Shown: one piece after another, positions 32,747-42,525 of the stretch
Layout of the letters: the number at the start of each line of letters is the position of its first letter
Position numbering within the stretch: position 1 is the stretch's first letter
Assembly: GCA_963845515.1 (NCBI GenBank)
Contig: CAWJSR010000045.1
Span: 96,001 to 160,000 of the forward strand
DNA: 64,000 nt
Reading direction: 5' to 3'
Source: an uncultured delta proteobacterium
GTDB lineage: Bacteria > Myxococcota > Myxococcia > Myxococcales > Anaeromyxobacteraceae
Program-made: the position numbers and the translations under genes
Notes under the pieces: model-generated
Told to the model about the DNA's origin: nothing
Seen by the model: the letters and a program-made list of their open reading frames with translations, nothing else
The model's database searches: none

Positions 32747-33130
32747 TCACACGTCGATCTTGAACCCGAGCTGCACGTCGGTGGCAGCCTGGCCGCCGCG
32801 GATGCCCCAGTTCTCGAGCGGCGGCTCGCGGAGCACGATCAGCACCCGGTCGCGCGCGACCCCCGCCGCCTCCAGCCCCTCGACGATCAGCCTGTAGAGC
32901 CTCCGCTTCGCGTCGAGCGAGCGGCCGGGGAAGACCAGCCCCTCGACGAAGACGGTCTCCAGCCCGTAGCGCGCCTCGAAGTCCTCCGCCGCGTACTCGT
33001 GGAGGAGCTGGTTCCGGTCGGTGGCAGGGAGCTTCAGCGCCTCGACGAAGGCGGCGTGGAGGGCGTCGAGGATGGCTTTCTTCTGCGCCGCCGTCCGGCC
33101 GGCGCGCATGTGGACGTGCACAAGGGGCAT
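32747..33130 (-). CDS. Tautomerase-family protein
   Basis: Pro-1 (MPLV), GRSLDAKRRLY, EPPLENWGIRGG. Confidence 0.88.
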   Translation of the reverse strand: MPLVHVHMRAGRTAAQKKAILDALHAAFVEALKLPATDRNQLLHEYAAEDFEARYGLETVFVEGLVFPGRSLDAKRRLYRLIVEGLEAAGVARDRVLIVLREPPLENWGIRGGQAATDVQLGFKIDV

Positions 33131-33342
33131 GCCGCGGAGTGTACCCCGGCGGTCCGGCGCTGCGGCGGCGCCTACCGGGTGGCGCTCGCCTCCTGGGCGC
33201 AATCGTGCGCGGCGCCGTTTTCCCTCCAGCCAGCTCGCTCATGCGCGTCCCGCACGGTGCGCTCTTCGCCGCCTTCGGCTGAGGAGGGCGACCTCTCGCG
33301 ACCTCTCGCGCGCCCGGTCTCTCGGGCGGGGCCCTGCGTCCG

Positions 33343-33370
33343 TTGACATAGTTGACTCACAGAGTACCAT
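33343..33370 (+). promoter_or_regulatory. Putative sigma70 promoter
   Basis: TTGACA-16nt-TACCAT upstream of a GGAGG RBS and ATG 33421. Confidence 0.55.
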
Positions 33371-33420
33371 CCCAGGTTCACTATAAGACGAGCGCTCCGC
33401 TCGCTACCTGGAGGTCACTT

Positions 33421-34450
33421 ATGGTCAGAGAAGTGCGCATGATCCTCGCGGCCGCGGCACTCGTGTGCGCCGTCAATCCCGGCGCCGCTGGCGCGGTCCA
33501 GCAAAAGCGAGAGCGGATTGTCGCGCAGGACGGCTCGGGCGACTACGTCACGATTAACGCGGCGCTCGTCTCGATCACCGATGCGAGCCCGGAGAAGCCG
33601 TACCGCGTCACCGTGAAGCCGGGGACCTACGCCGAGCAGGTCACGATGCGGCCTTACGTGGACCTCGTGGGCAGCGGACAGGGCAACACTAAGATCACGT
33701 CGAGTGGCAACGGCGCCCCGACGGTCATAATGGCCACGGGCACGCGGCTCACGGACTTGTTCGTCGAGAAGACGCTCAGCACGGAGGAGATGCCTTCGGC
33801 GATCTTCGTCGGGGAGAGCGACGGCGCCGCGATCGAGCGGGTGCGCGCGGAAGGGAGCTACGGCGCGATCATCTTCAACGAGACATACCGTACTCCCCGT
33901 CCACTCTCCGTGTCGACGATCTCCGATACGCTCGCGGTGGGGCACCAGAACTTCGGAATCCGGATCGGGTCGTACGGGAAGTTCGACGTCATCGTGGACC
34001 GCGTGACCGGGATCTGCGAGGGCGTCGGCATCGGTCGAGACTGCCACGGCATCGCGCTCTACCTCGGCAACGGGGCGGTGACGCTGCGCGCTTCGAACAG
34101 CACGTTCCGCGGATTTCCGGATTCGTGCATTGGGGGAATCAGGGCTCCTCCGCGACGTTCACGAACTGCGCGTTCGAGGCGTCCGGCGGTGGCGCGCAGA
34201 GCGTCGGTATCTTTGCCCACGAGGGGCAGACGGTCGTCTCGAACAGCCGGATCGCCTCCGTTGCGATGGACTCACCCACTGGGCAGTCGTCGCTTCGGAT
34301 CGACGGAAGCGACATCTCTGGAACCACGCTCGTGCTCAGCGCAAGCGGTCCTCAAGATCGGGGTATCGCGGGTCGTCGTACCCGGTCTCCGGGGCCGCGC
34401 GGCTCGTCAACTGCTTCGACGCGGACTACAACGCGATCGCGGATCAGTAG
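33421..34450 (+). CDS. Secreted pectinesterase-like beta-helix protein (about three frameshifts; possibly a pseudogene)
   Basis: Signal peptide; VAQDGSGDYVTINAAL..VKPGTYAEQV; coding-like sequence changes frame near 34130, 34350 and 34385. Confidence 0.6.
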
Positions 34451-34608
34451 GGAGAATCGAGAGCACGTGCTCGGCGCGCGAAGGGGCGCACCGGGCACAC
34501 CGGGCACACCGCGCCGGAAGCGCGCCAGTCGCCACTCGTTCGCGAGGCGACCTCTCGCGCCCGGTCCCAACGCCATTGCCCGCCTGCCGCTCGGTACACC
34601 AGCCTCTT

Positions 34609-34938
34609 CTACTTCCTCCACCGCGAGCTGAAGCTCTCGGCCGGAGCTGCCTTCCACCGCAGGCCTCCCCCGTGATGAGCCGCTTCTGGCTCGGGAAGGA
34701 GCCTGGCGGGAAGCGTCGGGACGCGGATCGGGCGCGTGCTGCGGCAGGCCGGTGAGCGCCATGCTCCGGCCAGGACTAGCGCGAGCGCGAGTCGGCCGAG
34801 TGCTGCCAGAGGCGCACCCCCCGCGTCCCGCGACGTGGATGATGCCCAGGGGAGATCGGCGCGACTCCGCCGATCTGGCTCGCGCTCCCGGTCGCGGCGC
34901 TCGCGCTCGATCCTCTCGATGATCCACGGAGGCAGCAT
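34609..34938 (-). CDS. Hypothetical small protein
   Basis: GGGAGG RBS, then MLPPWIIERIERERR; 3' part doubtful. Confidence 0.35.
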   Translation of the reverse strand: MLPPWIIERIERERRDREREPDRRSRADLPWASSTSRDAGGAPLAALGRLALALVLAGAWRSPACRSTRPIRVPTLPARLLPEPEAAHHGGGLRWKAAPAESFSSRWRK

Positions 34939-35202
34939 CTTGACCTCCCACTCGGCGACGGAAACCTTCGCTTCCACTCGAGGCTTCCATAATCGGGACG
35001 ACACCCGTCGCCCCTTGTTCACGCGTCCGGTGAAAGGAGGTCACGAGGGGCAGCCTTGTGACGGAGCGTACGCTTCACCGCCCCGGAGAGGTCGCGATCG
35101 TTCGAGAGGATTGAGACCTGAGGCATCCCCTCATATGGGACCGAAGACTTCGCGGGTCGCAGCGGCAGGACGGTGGAGGGCGCGATCCCGCTCGCAGTCG
35201 CC

Positions 35203-35892
35203 TCAGTGCTTCACGCCGTGGAAGAGCCGGTTCCAGCGCGGGCCGCTCGGGCCCCATGACGCCAGCGCCATCCATGCGCGCCCCTTGATCCTGCCGACCG
35301 GGACCGGGCCGAAGACGCGGCTGTCCGCCGAGTGGTCGCGGTGATCGCCGGCGAGCCAGACGGTGCCCGCCGGGACGACCGCGTAGGAGACGTCCCCGCA
35401 CGGCATCCAGGGCGTGCAGTGCGTCTCGTAGGTGTGGCCGTCGACCTTCTCCTCGAAGGAGACGCAGGGCTCCTCGCGCCACGGGGTGCCGTCGCGCTTG
35501 TCCCAGTAGCGGCACGCGCCGTCGAGGCGGCGGCGCGGCACCGGCTTCCCGTTCAGCACGAGGTGGCCGTCGCGGATCTCCACGGTGTCGCCCGCCACCG
35601 CGACGACTCGCTTGATCAGGTCGTCGGTGGTGGAGTTTCCGGGCGGCGCCAGCAGCACGACGATGTCGCCCCGCTTCGGAGAGGACCAGGTCGCCTGGGC
35701 GGTCGACGTGAAGGGGAGGCGCGCCCCGTACGCCCACTTCTCCACGATGACGTAGTCCCCGATCTGCAGCGTCGGGATCATCGATCCGGAGGGGATGTAG
35801 ACCGCCTCGTACAGGAACGCCCGGAAGGCCAGGACGCCGACGATCGTGTAGGTCCAGCCCCGGACTTCGCGCCAGAACTTCTGCTTGTCCAC
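35203..35892 (-). CDS. lepB: Signal peptidase I
   Basis: IPSGSMIPTL.IGD, IKRVVAVAGD, GDHRDHSADSR.FG. Confidence 0.93.
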   Translation of the reverse strand: MDKQKFWREVRGWTYTIVGVLAFRAFLYEAVYIPSGSMIPTLQIGDYVIVEKWAYGARLPFTSTAQATWSSPKRGDIVVLLAPPGNSTTDDLIKRVVAVAGDTVEIRDGHLVLNGKPVPRRRLDGACRYWDKRDGTPWREEPCVSFEEKVDGHTYETHCTPWMPCGDVSYAVVPAGTVWLAGDHRDHSADSRVFGPVPVGRIKGRAWMALASWGPSGPRWNRLFHGVKH

Positions 35893-35994
35893 GTTATGAC
35901 TCCAACCCGTTCCCGAGCCGCGCCGCGCGGGTCGGCGGGGGCGGTCGTGCGGCGGCGGAGACTATCACTCCGTGCACCCCGGGGCGTGCCGGAA

Positions 35995-36837
35995 TCAGCC
36001 CCCGGCTGCGAGCGTGACGAGCCGCTCCGGGTTCTCGCGGATCCTCAGCAGCAGGAGGCCGGAGACCGGCCAGCCGGGGTGCGCGCGCTCCTGGCGACGG
36101 AGGAACCTGTCGAGCGGCTCCTCGATCACGCGGGTCGTGCCGACCGAGGCGGTGGCGTGGCGCACGCGCCGTTCGCCGCGGGCGCCGACGACCACCAACC
36201 CGGCGTGGGTCACGCGCGTCGGGTGGCACGGGGAGTGGGTCCGCACCACCCACGCGATGGTGCCGTCGGGGATCCGGCTGGCGTGGGCCAGGATCCGGTC
36301 CGCGGGGACCATGCGCGCGCTGAACGTCCCGCGGGGCCAGGCCGCACGCGGGAGGTTGGGGATCGTGGCGCGCGCGCCAGAGAGCTGCCTCCAGCCACCT
36401 TCGTCGTAGCGCTCTACCGCATCGACGGTGTCGGGGCCGGCGACGGCGTCCGCTATGTCCTCGATCCAGCCGTGCGCCACGTTGGCGGGGATCCACTGGG
36501 GGATGACGTAGTGGTTCCGCCGCTCGAACGCCGGCGCGCCGTCGTAGCGCACGTCGTCGAGGACCAGCGCCGCCTCGTCCAGATCGCGCGACGCCCCGAG
36601 CGCGATGGCGGTCTCCACGAACGTGACGCAGTCGAACGCGTCGAGCCGGAAGCGCGGGTCGCGGTCGGGCGCGGTCCCCTCCCCCAGCGCCGACAGCACG
36701 TAGCGCCGCCCGAGGAGCGGCGCGGTCGCCGCGACGGCCCGCTCGGCACCCGGCGGCGAGCCGGCCAGGGCGCGCAGGAGTGGGGTGGTGTCGGGGGGTC
36801 GCGCTGTGAGCGCGACGAGGAGCGCGAGCCATGCCAT
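35995..36837 (-). CDS. DUF1460/NlpC-P60-like amidase
   Basis: FRLDAFDCVTFVETAIAL, RRNHY, VTHAG. Confidence 0.85.
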   Translation of the reverse strand: MAWLALLVALTARPPDTTPLLRALAGSPPGAERAVAATAPLLGRRYVLSALGEGTAPDRDPRFRLDAFDCVTFVETAIALGASRDLDEAALVLDDVRYDGAPAFERRNHYVIPQWIPANVAHGWIEDIADAVAGPDTVDAVERYDEGGWRQLSGARATIPNLPRAAWPRGTFSARMVPADRILAHASRIPDGTIAWVVRTHSPCHPTRVTHAGLVVVGARGERRVRHATASVGTTRVIEEPLDRFLRRQERAHPGWPVSGLLLLRIRENPERLVTLAAGG

Positions 36838-36964
36838 CGGGTAGCGAGCCTATGTGCGGGCAGGGGCGGCGGCAAGCCCGGGCGGATCACCTCGACCGTG
36901 AGCCGCCGCAGGGTAATATCCGCCGTGGTCGGGGGAGCTCCGCCGGCCACCCGCGGACCGCGCC

Positions 36965-38473
36965 TTGGCCTCTCGACCTCCAGTGAAGATGGTGAACCTA
37001 GACGGCCTCCTGCCTCCCGCGGGGGACGAGGCCCCCACGCCCGACGAGCTGGTGGACTTCGGCTGGCCCGGGGAGGAGCCCGAGCCGGTCGCCGGCTCGC
37101 CGGAGCCGAGGCCGCTCGCTCCTGGCGAGCCGGTGCCCGTCTTCCGGACCGACCTCGCGATCGGCAAGGGGGCCTCCGGCGGCACCTTCGAGGTGACCGA
37201 CCCCGCCAGCGGGCGTCACTTCACCCTCTACGAGTTCGAGCTGTCGATCGCGCGGATGCTCGACGGCCGGCGCCACGCCTCCGACGTCATCGAGAACGGC
37301 GTGCGGCTGGGCATCCCCGTGGATCTCGACGGGCTGCAGAAGTTCGTCCGCCAGCTCTGGCGGTACGGCTTCATCGCCCCGCCGGGGACCCCCTCGCCGG
37401 TCGACGTGACCGACGAGGAGCATCGGCCGGAGCGAGAGAAGTGGGACGAGGCGACGCGGACGCTCTTCCAGAGCGGGCTGCGGCTCGTCCGGCAGGGGCG
37501 ACCCCAGGACGCCGCGAGCTACTTCCAGGCGGTCCTGAACGCCGATCCGGACAACGCCGAGGCGGCGGAGCGGCTCGCGGAGATCGAGCGGGGCGAGACG
37601 ATCGCAGCGAGCCCCATCGGCCGGCGGGGTGCGGGGAGCGCACCCGCTGGCCGCGGCAGACCGAAGGCGGTCCTCGTCGCCCTCGGCGCGCTCCTGCTCC
37701 TGGGCGCCGCCGCGGCGCTCGCCTTCGTCATCCGACGGCCGGCTGTACCCGCGCCGGCTCCTGTCGTGGCTCCGACCCTCACGAAGCCGCCTCCAGCGCC
37801 GCCCCCGGCGTGGCGGACGGCCGCGGTGCAGCAGCGAGCCCACCCGGTGCTCGGGAGCGTCGCGGCCCCTGCCGACGGGACGGTGGTCTGGAGCGTGCCG
37901 ACCGGGCGTCAGGTGAAGGCGAAGGAGCGGATCGGCACGCTCCGGGTGGAGGTGGCCGTGCGGGGCGCAGCGCCGATCGACCCCGCCGCCGCGGCCCGGA
38001 TCCGGGAGCTGGAGGCGCTCGCGAAGCAGGATCCGGTCTACCGCGACTTCCTCGAGAAGGAGCGTCGCGCAGCGCAGCGCAAGCGCAGCGGGAAGGCGGT
38101 GCGAGCGCTCCCCATCCTCGCGCCGGAGGCGGGGATCCTGGCCCTCGCCGCCGAGAACAAGGCCGGCGTCGTGAGCGGAGCGGAGGTCGCGACGATCGTC
38201 GACGACCGCGCCTGGGTGATCGACGCCTTCGTGGACGGCGAGCCCCCGCAGGCCGACGCCGCGTGCGAGCTGCGCGGCGACGCGGTCCCCGAGCGGATCG
38301 CGTGCCGTCTCGACGGCGCTCGTCCGCAGGAGGGCGGGAGCCAGCTCACGGTGACCGTGCTGGCCGCCGACGCCCCGTGGGTGGATGGCTCGCGGTCGCT
38401 CAGGATCCGCGTCGCGCCGCCCGGCACGCCGCTCGACCCCTCGCTGGAGCCGCAGACGCAGGAGACGCGATGA
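36965..38473 (+). CDS. Hypothetical PqqD-like/TPR/TM/membrane-fusion-like protein (start uncertain)
   Basis: N-terminal FRTDL..DPASGRHFTL..LDGRR..FVRQL; TPR helix pair; TM; APADG..helical hairpin..APEAG half-lipoyl motifs. Confidence 0.6.
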   Translation: MASRPPVKMVNLDGLLPPAGDEAPTPDELVDFGWPGEEPEPVAGSPEPRPLAPGEPVPVFRTDLAIGKGASGGTFEVTDPASGRHFTLYEFELSIARMLDGRRHASDVIENGVRLGIPVDLDGLQKFVRQLWRYGFIAPPGTPSPVDVTDEEHRPEREKWDEATRTLFQSGLRLVRQGRPQDAASYFQAVLNADPDNAEAAERLAEIERGETIAASPIGRRGAGSAPAGRGRPKAVLVALGALLLLGAAAALAFVIRRPAVPAPAPVVAPTLTKPPPAPPPAWRTAAVQQRAHPVLGSVAAPADGTVVWSVPTGRQVKAKERIGTLRVEVAVRGAAPIDPAAAARIRELEALAKQDPVYRDFLEKERRAAQRKRSGKAVRALPILAPEAGILALAAENKAGVVSGAEVATIVDDRAWVIDAFVDGEPPQADAACELRGDAVPERIACRLDGARPQEGGSQLTVTVLAADAPWVDGSRSLRIRVAPPGTPLDPSLEPQTQETR

Positions 38474-40440
38474 TCTCGAAGGTGATGCGGTCGTGCTGTG
38501 CAGGGCTCCTGGTCGCCTGGGCGGTGACGGCTGGGGCGGCAGCTCCCCCGGCGCGGACCGCGAAGGGACGCGCGGGAGGTGCGCGCAGGATCGCCTTCCT
38601 GGGGCTGCGCCCCACCGCGGACGCTGCGCTCGGCCAGACCGCCATCGCGCAGCTCCCGGACGCGCAGCGGCTGCGCTCGGTCGCCGAGAGCGTCGTGGAG
38701 GTCCTCACCGGGGCGCACGTCCTCGGGCACGACGACCTCCGGGCCGCGCTGGGGCGCACGTACCTCGTGGATCTCTTCGACTGCCGTGGCGACGCCGCCT
38801 GCCAGCTCCGGGTCGCGGCGCCGCTCGCCCGCGACAGGGTGCGCACCGCGGTGGTGGGCGACTACCACGCCGACGGCGCCTCGCTGCGGGTCCGCGTCAG
38901 GCGGCTGGACCTGGCGGCGATGCGCGTCACCGAGGAGACCTCGTTCTCCCTGGACCGGGGCGCCGCCGAGAGCCTCGCCCCCTGGCACGAGGCGCTCCGG
39001 CCACTCTTCCAGGACACCGGGAGGCTGCGGATCGTCGCCAACGTCGCCGACGCGAGCTGCGCGCTCGACGGACAGCCGTGCGAGCCGTCGCCCGAGGGGC
39101 TGCTGGAGGTGCAGGAGGGGGAGCACGTCATCGAGCTGACGAAGGAGGGCTACCGGCGCGCCAGCCGCGTCGTGGTCGTGAAGCGCGGTGACGAGAGCCG
39201 CGTCGCCATCGCGCTAGAGGAGCTGCCGGTGCAGCTCCAGAAGGCGCCGGATCCCTCCGCGCGCCTCCCCACGTTCGCCGCCCCCACCGAGGAGACGCAG
39301 GTCCAGCCCTTCGGGTCGATCCGGCTCGCGATGCTCGTGGACGACGTGAACGACGGCGAGAGGGAGGACATCTGGGTGCCGCCGGAGGGCACGACCAGGG
39401 AGCGCTCGGTGGTCTTCTACCCTCGCCCGGCGGTGATCGGGCTGGGGATGCAGGCCCCCCGCGGAGAGAGCGGCTGGGACCTCCGCGGCGGCTTCGGGCT
39501 GGCGCTCGTCCGCGGAGACCTCCCCGAGTTCGACAGCGCCTTCGCCGAGCTCGTGAAGCCGGAGGCCGGGTTTCGGGTGATGCTCGGCTGGGGCGCGCCG
39601 ATCGTCAGCGGGCTGACGGCAGGCACGCTCACGCTGCCGGAGGGCTTCGGCGACCTCGCGCCCGGGATGGTCGGCGTGACCTTCTCCAAGTCGTTCGGGC
39701 CGGTCGTGCTGGAGGCGTTCGTCGGCAAGCACAAGGGGATGTTCAACGCGGACCCGGAGGAGCGCGCCGCCACGCCGCTCCCGTTCGGTGCCGCGAGGAT
39801 CGCCTACGTCGACGAGGCGATCTCGGGGCGGCTCTATGGCGAGGACTACCCGCTCACCGTCTCGCTCTCCGGCATCTACGGAGAGGAGCGGGTCGGGCTG
39901 TCCGCGGAGCGGGAGGCCGTGGCGGGCGTCAACAATCGGGCCGATCCACCGCCCCCGTCACCGCAGTGGGTCGAGCCGATGCTGGAGGACCTCCCTGTCT
40001 GGCTCGCGAGCGCCGAGCTCTTCGTGCCGTTTGGAGAGGTCGCGAGCTTCGCCAGCGAGGCCTGGTACGGCCAGAGCGTTCACCGGTTCGAGGGGGCGCT
40101 CTGGCAGGTCCCGCGCCTGGACCCCGCGACGGGGCGCCACACCGCGCTCAGGTCGGCCGGCGGGTGGGCGCAGCTCTCGCTCAACATGGGGGAGTCTTTC
40201 GAGTTTCGGCTAGTCGCCGGAGTCGACAGGATCGTCGACGGAATGGGCTCCGGCGTGGCCCCAGATGACGCTCCGGGGATCCTCGAAAACCGGCTCGCGG
40301 CGCTGAACGGTGTGTGGTACCTCCTCGGCCACCTCACGCTCGGGATTCAGCTCCACGCCGTTCAGACCGTCTACGACGATCCGGCACTGGGGACGCCGAG
40401 GGTCGTGGGTGCGGCCCTGACGAGCCGCCTGACTTTCTGA
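38470..40440 (+). CDS. Secreted PEGA-domain protein with C-terminal beta-barrel-like region
   Basis: Signal peptide; EGEHVIELTKEGY PEGA motif; alternating beta-strand pattern ending in Phe (SRLTF). Confidence 0.65.
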   Translation: MISKVMRSCCAGLLVAWAVTAGAAAPPARTAKGRAGGARRIAFLGLRPTADAALGQTAIAQLPDAQRLRSVAESVVEVLTGAHVLGHDDLRAALGRTYLVDLFDCRGDAACQLRVAAPLARDRVRTAVVGDYHADGASLRVRVRRLDLAAMRVTEETSFSLDRGAAESLAPWHEALRPLFQDTGRLRIVANVADASCALDGQPCEPSPEGLLEVQEGEHVIELTKEGYRRASRVVVVKRGDESRVAIALEELPVQLQKAPDPSARLPTFAAPTEETQVQPFGSIRLAMLVDDVNDGEREDIWVPPEGTTRERSVVFYPRPAVIGLGMQAPRGESGWDLRGGFGLALVRGDLPEFDSAFAELVKPEAGFRVMLGWGAPIVSGLTAGTLTLPEGFGDLAPGMVGVTFSKSFGPVVLEAFVGKHKGMFNADPEERAATPLPFGAARIAYVDEAISGRLYGEDYPLTVSLSGIYGEERVGLSAEREAVAGVNNRADPPPPSPQWVEPMLEDLPVWLASAELFVPFGEVASFASEAWYGQSVHRFEGALWQVPRLDPATGRHTALRSAGGWAQLSLNMGESFEFRLVAGVDRIVDGMGSGVAPDDAPGILENRLAALNGVWYLLGHLTLGIQLHAVQTVYDDPALGTPRVVGAALTSRLTF

Positions 40441-40477
40441 GAAGGCGGCACCCCGCCGAGGTCAACCGAGGATCCAA

Positions 40478-41794
40478 ATGCACGCTCATCGCATCCCTGC
40501 CCCGCACCGTGCGGGTGAGAAGCTCGCCATCCTCCTCCCTGGAATGGGGGCCGTGGCGACGACCGCCATCGCCGGTGTCGAAGCCGTGAGGCGCGGCCTC
40601 GCGAAGCCGGTGGGCAGCGTCACGCAGCTCGGCCACCTGATCGGGCCCGAGGGTGACGTCGGACCGCTGGTCCGCGAAGCGCTCTCGCTCGCACCGCTCG
40701 GGGACATCGTCTTCGGGGGCTGGGATCCGATCCCGGACAGCGCGTACGCGGCCGCGGTGCGCGCGGGGGTGCTCGAGCGGCGCCACCTGGACCCGATCCG
40801 CGACTCGCTCGAGGCGGTGAAGCCGATGGCGGCCGTGTTCGACAAGGCCTGGGTCCGCCGGCTGGACGGACCGAACGTGAAGCAGGGGTCGCTCCGGCAG
40901 AAGGCGGAGGCGCTCGTCGAGGACATCCGCGGCTTCATGCAGCGGAACGGCTGCGCCCGCGGGGTGATGGTCTGGACCGGCTCCACCGAGGTCTACGCCG
41001 AGGCAGGCCCGGTCCACCAGACGATCGAGTCGTTCGAGGCAGGGCTCGACAGGAGCGATCCCACGATCGCGCCGTCGATGCTCTACGCCTACGCCGCCAT
41101 GAAGGCGGGGATCGCGTACATGAACGGCGCCCCCAACCTCTCCGCGGACATCCCGGCGCTGCGCCAGCTCGCTGATCAGCGCGGCATCCCGACCGGCGGC
41201 AAGGACTTCAAGACGGGCCAGACCCTCATGAAGACCACCATCGCGCCGATGCTGCGCGCGCGGCTCCTCGGGCTCGACGGCTGGTTCTCCACGAACATCC
41301 TGGGCAACCGCGACGGGCAGGTGCTGGACGACGCCGACAGCTTCAAGACCAAGGAGGTCTCGAAGCTCGGCGTGCTCGACCAGATCCTCGACCCGCACCT
41401 CCACCCCGAGCTCTACGCGGAGATGGACCACAAGGTCACGATCCACTACTACCCGCCGCGCGGCGACAACAAGGAAGGCTGGGACGCGATCGATCTCTTC
41501 GGGTGGCTCGGCTATCCGATGCAGATCAAGGTCAACTTCCAGTGCCGCGACTCGATCCTCGCGGCCCCGCTGGTCCTCGATCTCGCCCTCCTCGCCGACC
41601 TCGGCCAGCGGGCGGGGGAGAAGGGGCCGCAGGAGTGGCTCTCCTTCTTCTTCAAGAGCCCGGTGACCGCCGTCGGCAACGACCAGATGCACGATCTCTT
41701 CCAGCAGCAGACGGTGCTCTACTCGCGGCTCCGCGCCTGGGCCGATCGGGCCGGTGCTCCCGCGCAGCTGCGGGCCACGTCCAAGACCGCATGA
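40478..41794 (+). CDS. ino1: myo-Inositol-1-phosphate synthase
   Basis: GMGAVATT, GKDFKTGQTLMK, WFSTNILGNRDG, YYPPRGDNKEGWD, CRDSILAAP. Confidence 0.95.
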   Translation: MHAHRIPAPHRAGEKLAILLPGMGAVATTAIAGVEAVRRGLAKPVGSVTQLGHLIGPEGDVGPLVREALSLAPLGDIVFGGWDPIPDSAYAAAVRAGVLERRHLDPIRDSLEAVKPMAAVFDKAWVRRLDGPNVKQGSLRQKAEALVEDIRGFMQRNGCARGVMVWTGSTEVYAEAGPVHQTIESFEAGLDRSDPTIAPSMLYAYAAMKAGIAYMNGAPNLSADIPALRQLADQRGIPTGGKDFKTGQTLMKTTIAPMLRARLLGLDGWFSTNILGNRDGQVLDDADSFKTKEVSKLGVLDQILDPHLHPELYAEMDHKVTIHYYPPRGDNKEGWDAIDLFGWLGYPMQIKVNFQCRDSILAAPLVLDLALLADLGQRAGEKGPQEWLSFFFKSPVTAVGNDQMHDLFQQQTVLYSRLRAWADRAGAPAQLRATSKTA

Positions 41795-42525
41795 TCCCGG
41801 GCGGCCGCGCGGCGGTCCTCGTCCACGCGGCGCTCGCCGTCGGGACCCTCGCAGCCTTCGCCGTGGTCCGCCCGCCGCCGCCCGCGCGGCTCGCCGGGCG
41901 GACAGGCGCCATCGCGGCGGCCGGCCGGTGGGCCTACTGGGCCTCCCGGCCGCTCGTCGTCGCGGCGGGCAAGGTCGGCCTCTCCGCCGACGCGATCACG
42001 CTCCTCGGCCTCGCGCTCTCGATCGTGGCCGGCCTGGCGGCCGGGCTCGGGGCGTGGGGCTGGAGCGCGGTCCTCCTGGTCTGGGGTGGGCTCTGCGACA
42101 TGCTCGACGGCGAGATCGCGCGCCTCCGCGGGCGCGTGACGAAGGCGGGCGCCTTCCTCGACTCCAACCTGGATCGGCTCGCCGAGGTGGCGCTCTTCTT
42201 CGGGCTCGCCGCGGGCTTCCCGGACCGGCGCGGCGGTGTCCTTGCGATGGCGGCGCTCGTCGCCTCGATCCTCGTCTCGTACGCCCGCGCGCGCGGCGAG
42301 GGGCTGGGCGTCGACTGCCCGCCGTTCGGCCTGGAGAGGCCGCACCGCCTGGTGCTCGTCCTCGCCGCCCTGCTGGTCGCCCCCTTCCTTCCCGCGGTGC
42401 GCGCCGTGATCGTGCTGGAGCTCGTCTGCGGCGCCGTCGCGGCAGGCGCTGGCCTGACGGCCCTGGGGCGCATCGTCGTCATCCGCGGGATCCTGCTGCG
42501 GGGCGAGTCGAAGCGGCCGGGATGA
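41791..42525 (+). CDS. CDP-alcohol phosphatidyltransferase (PI/PIP synthase-like)
   Basis: DMLDGEIAR..GAFLDSNLDR signature; LVSYARARGEGLG..GLER. Confidence 0.9.
   Translation: MIPGGRAAVLVHAALAVGTLAAFAVVRPPPPARLAGRTGAIAAAGRWAYWASRPLVVAAGKVGLSADAITLLGLALSIVAGLAAGLGAWGWSAVLLVWGGLCDMLDGEIARLRGRVTKAGAFLDSNLDRLAEVALFFGLAAGFPDRRGGVLAMAALVASILVSYARARGEGLGVDCPPFGLERPHRLVLVLAALLVAPFLPAVRAVIVLELVCGAVAAGAGLTALGRIVVIRGILLRGESKRPG

Noticed and set aside
35332..40440. 1702-aa ORF as one giant protein
   Set aside because: Only 38470-40440 is protein-like; the rest is a shadow frame over lepB, the DUF1460 gene and the adaptor gene
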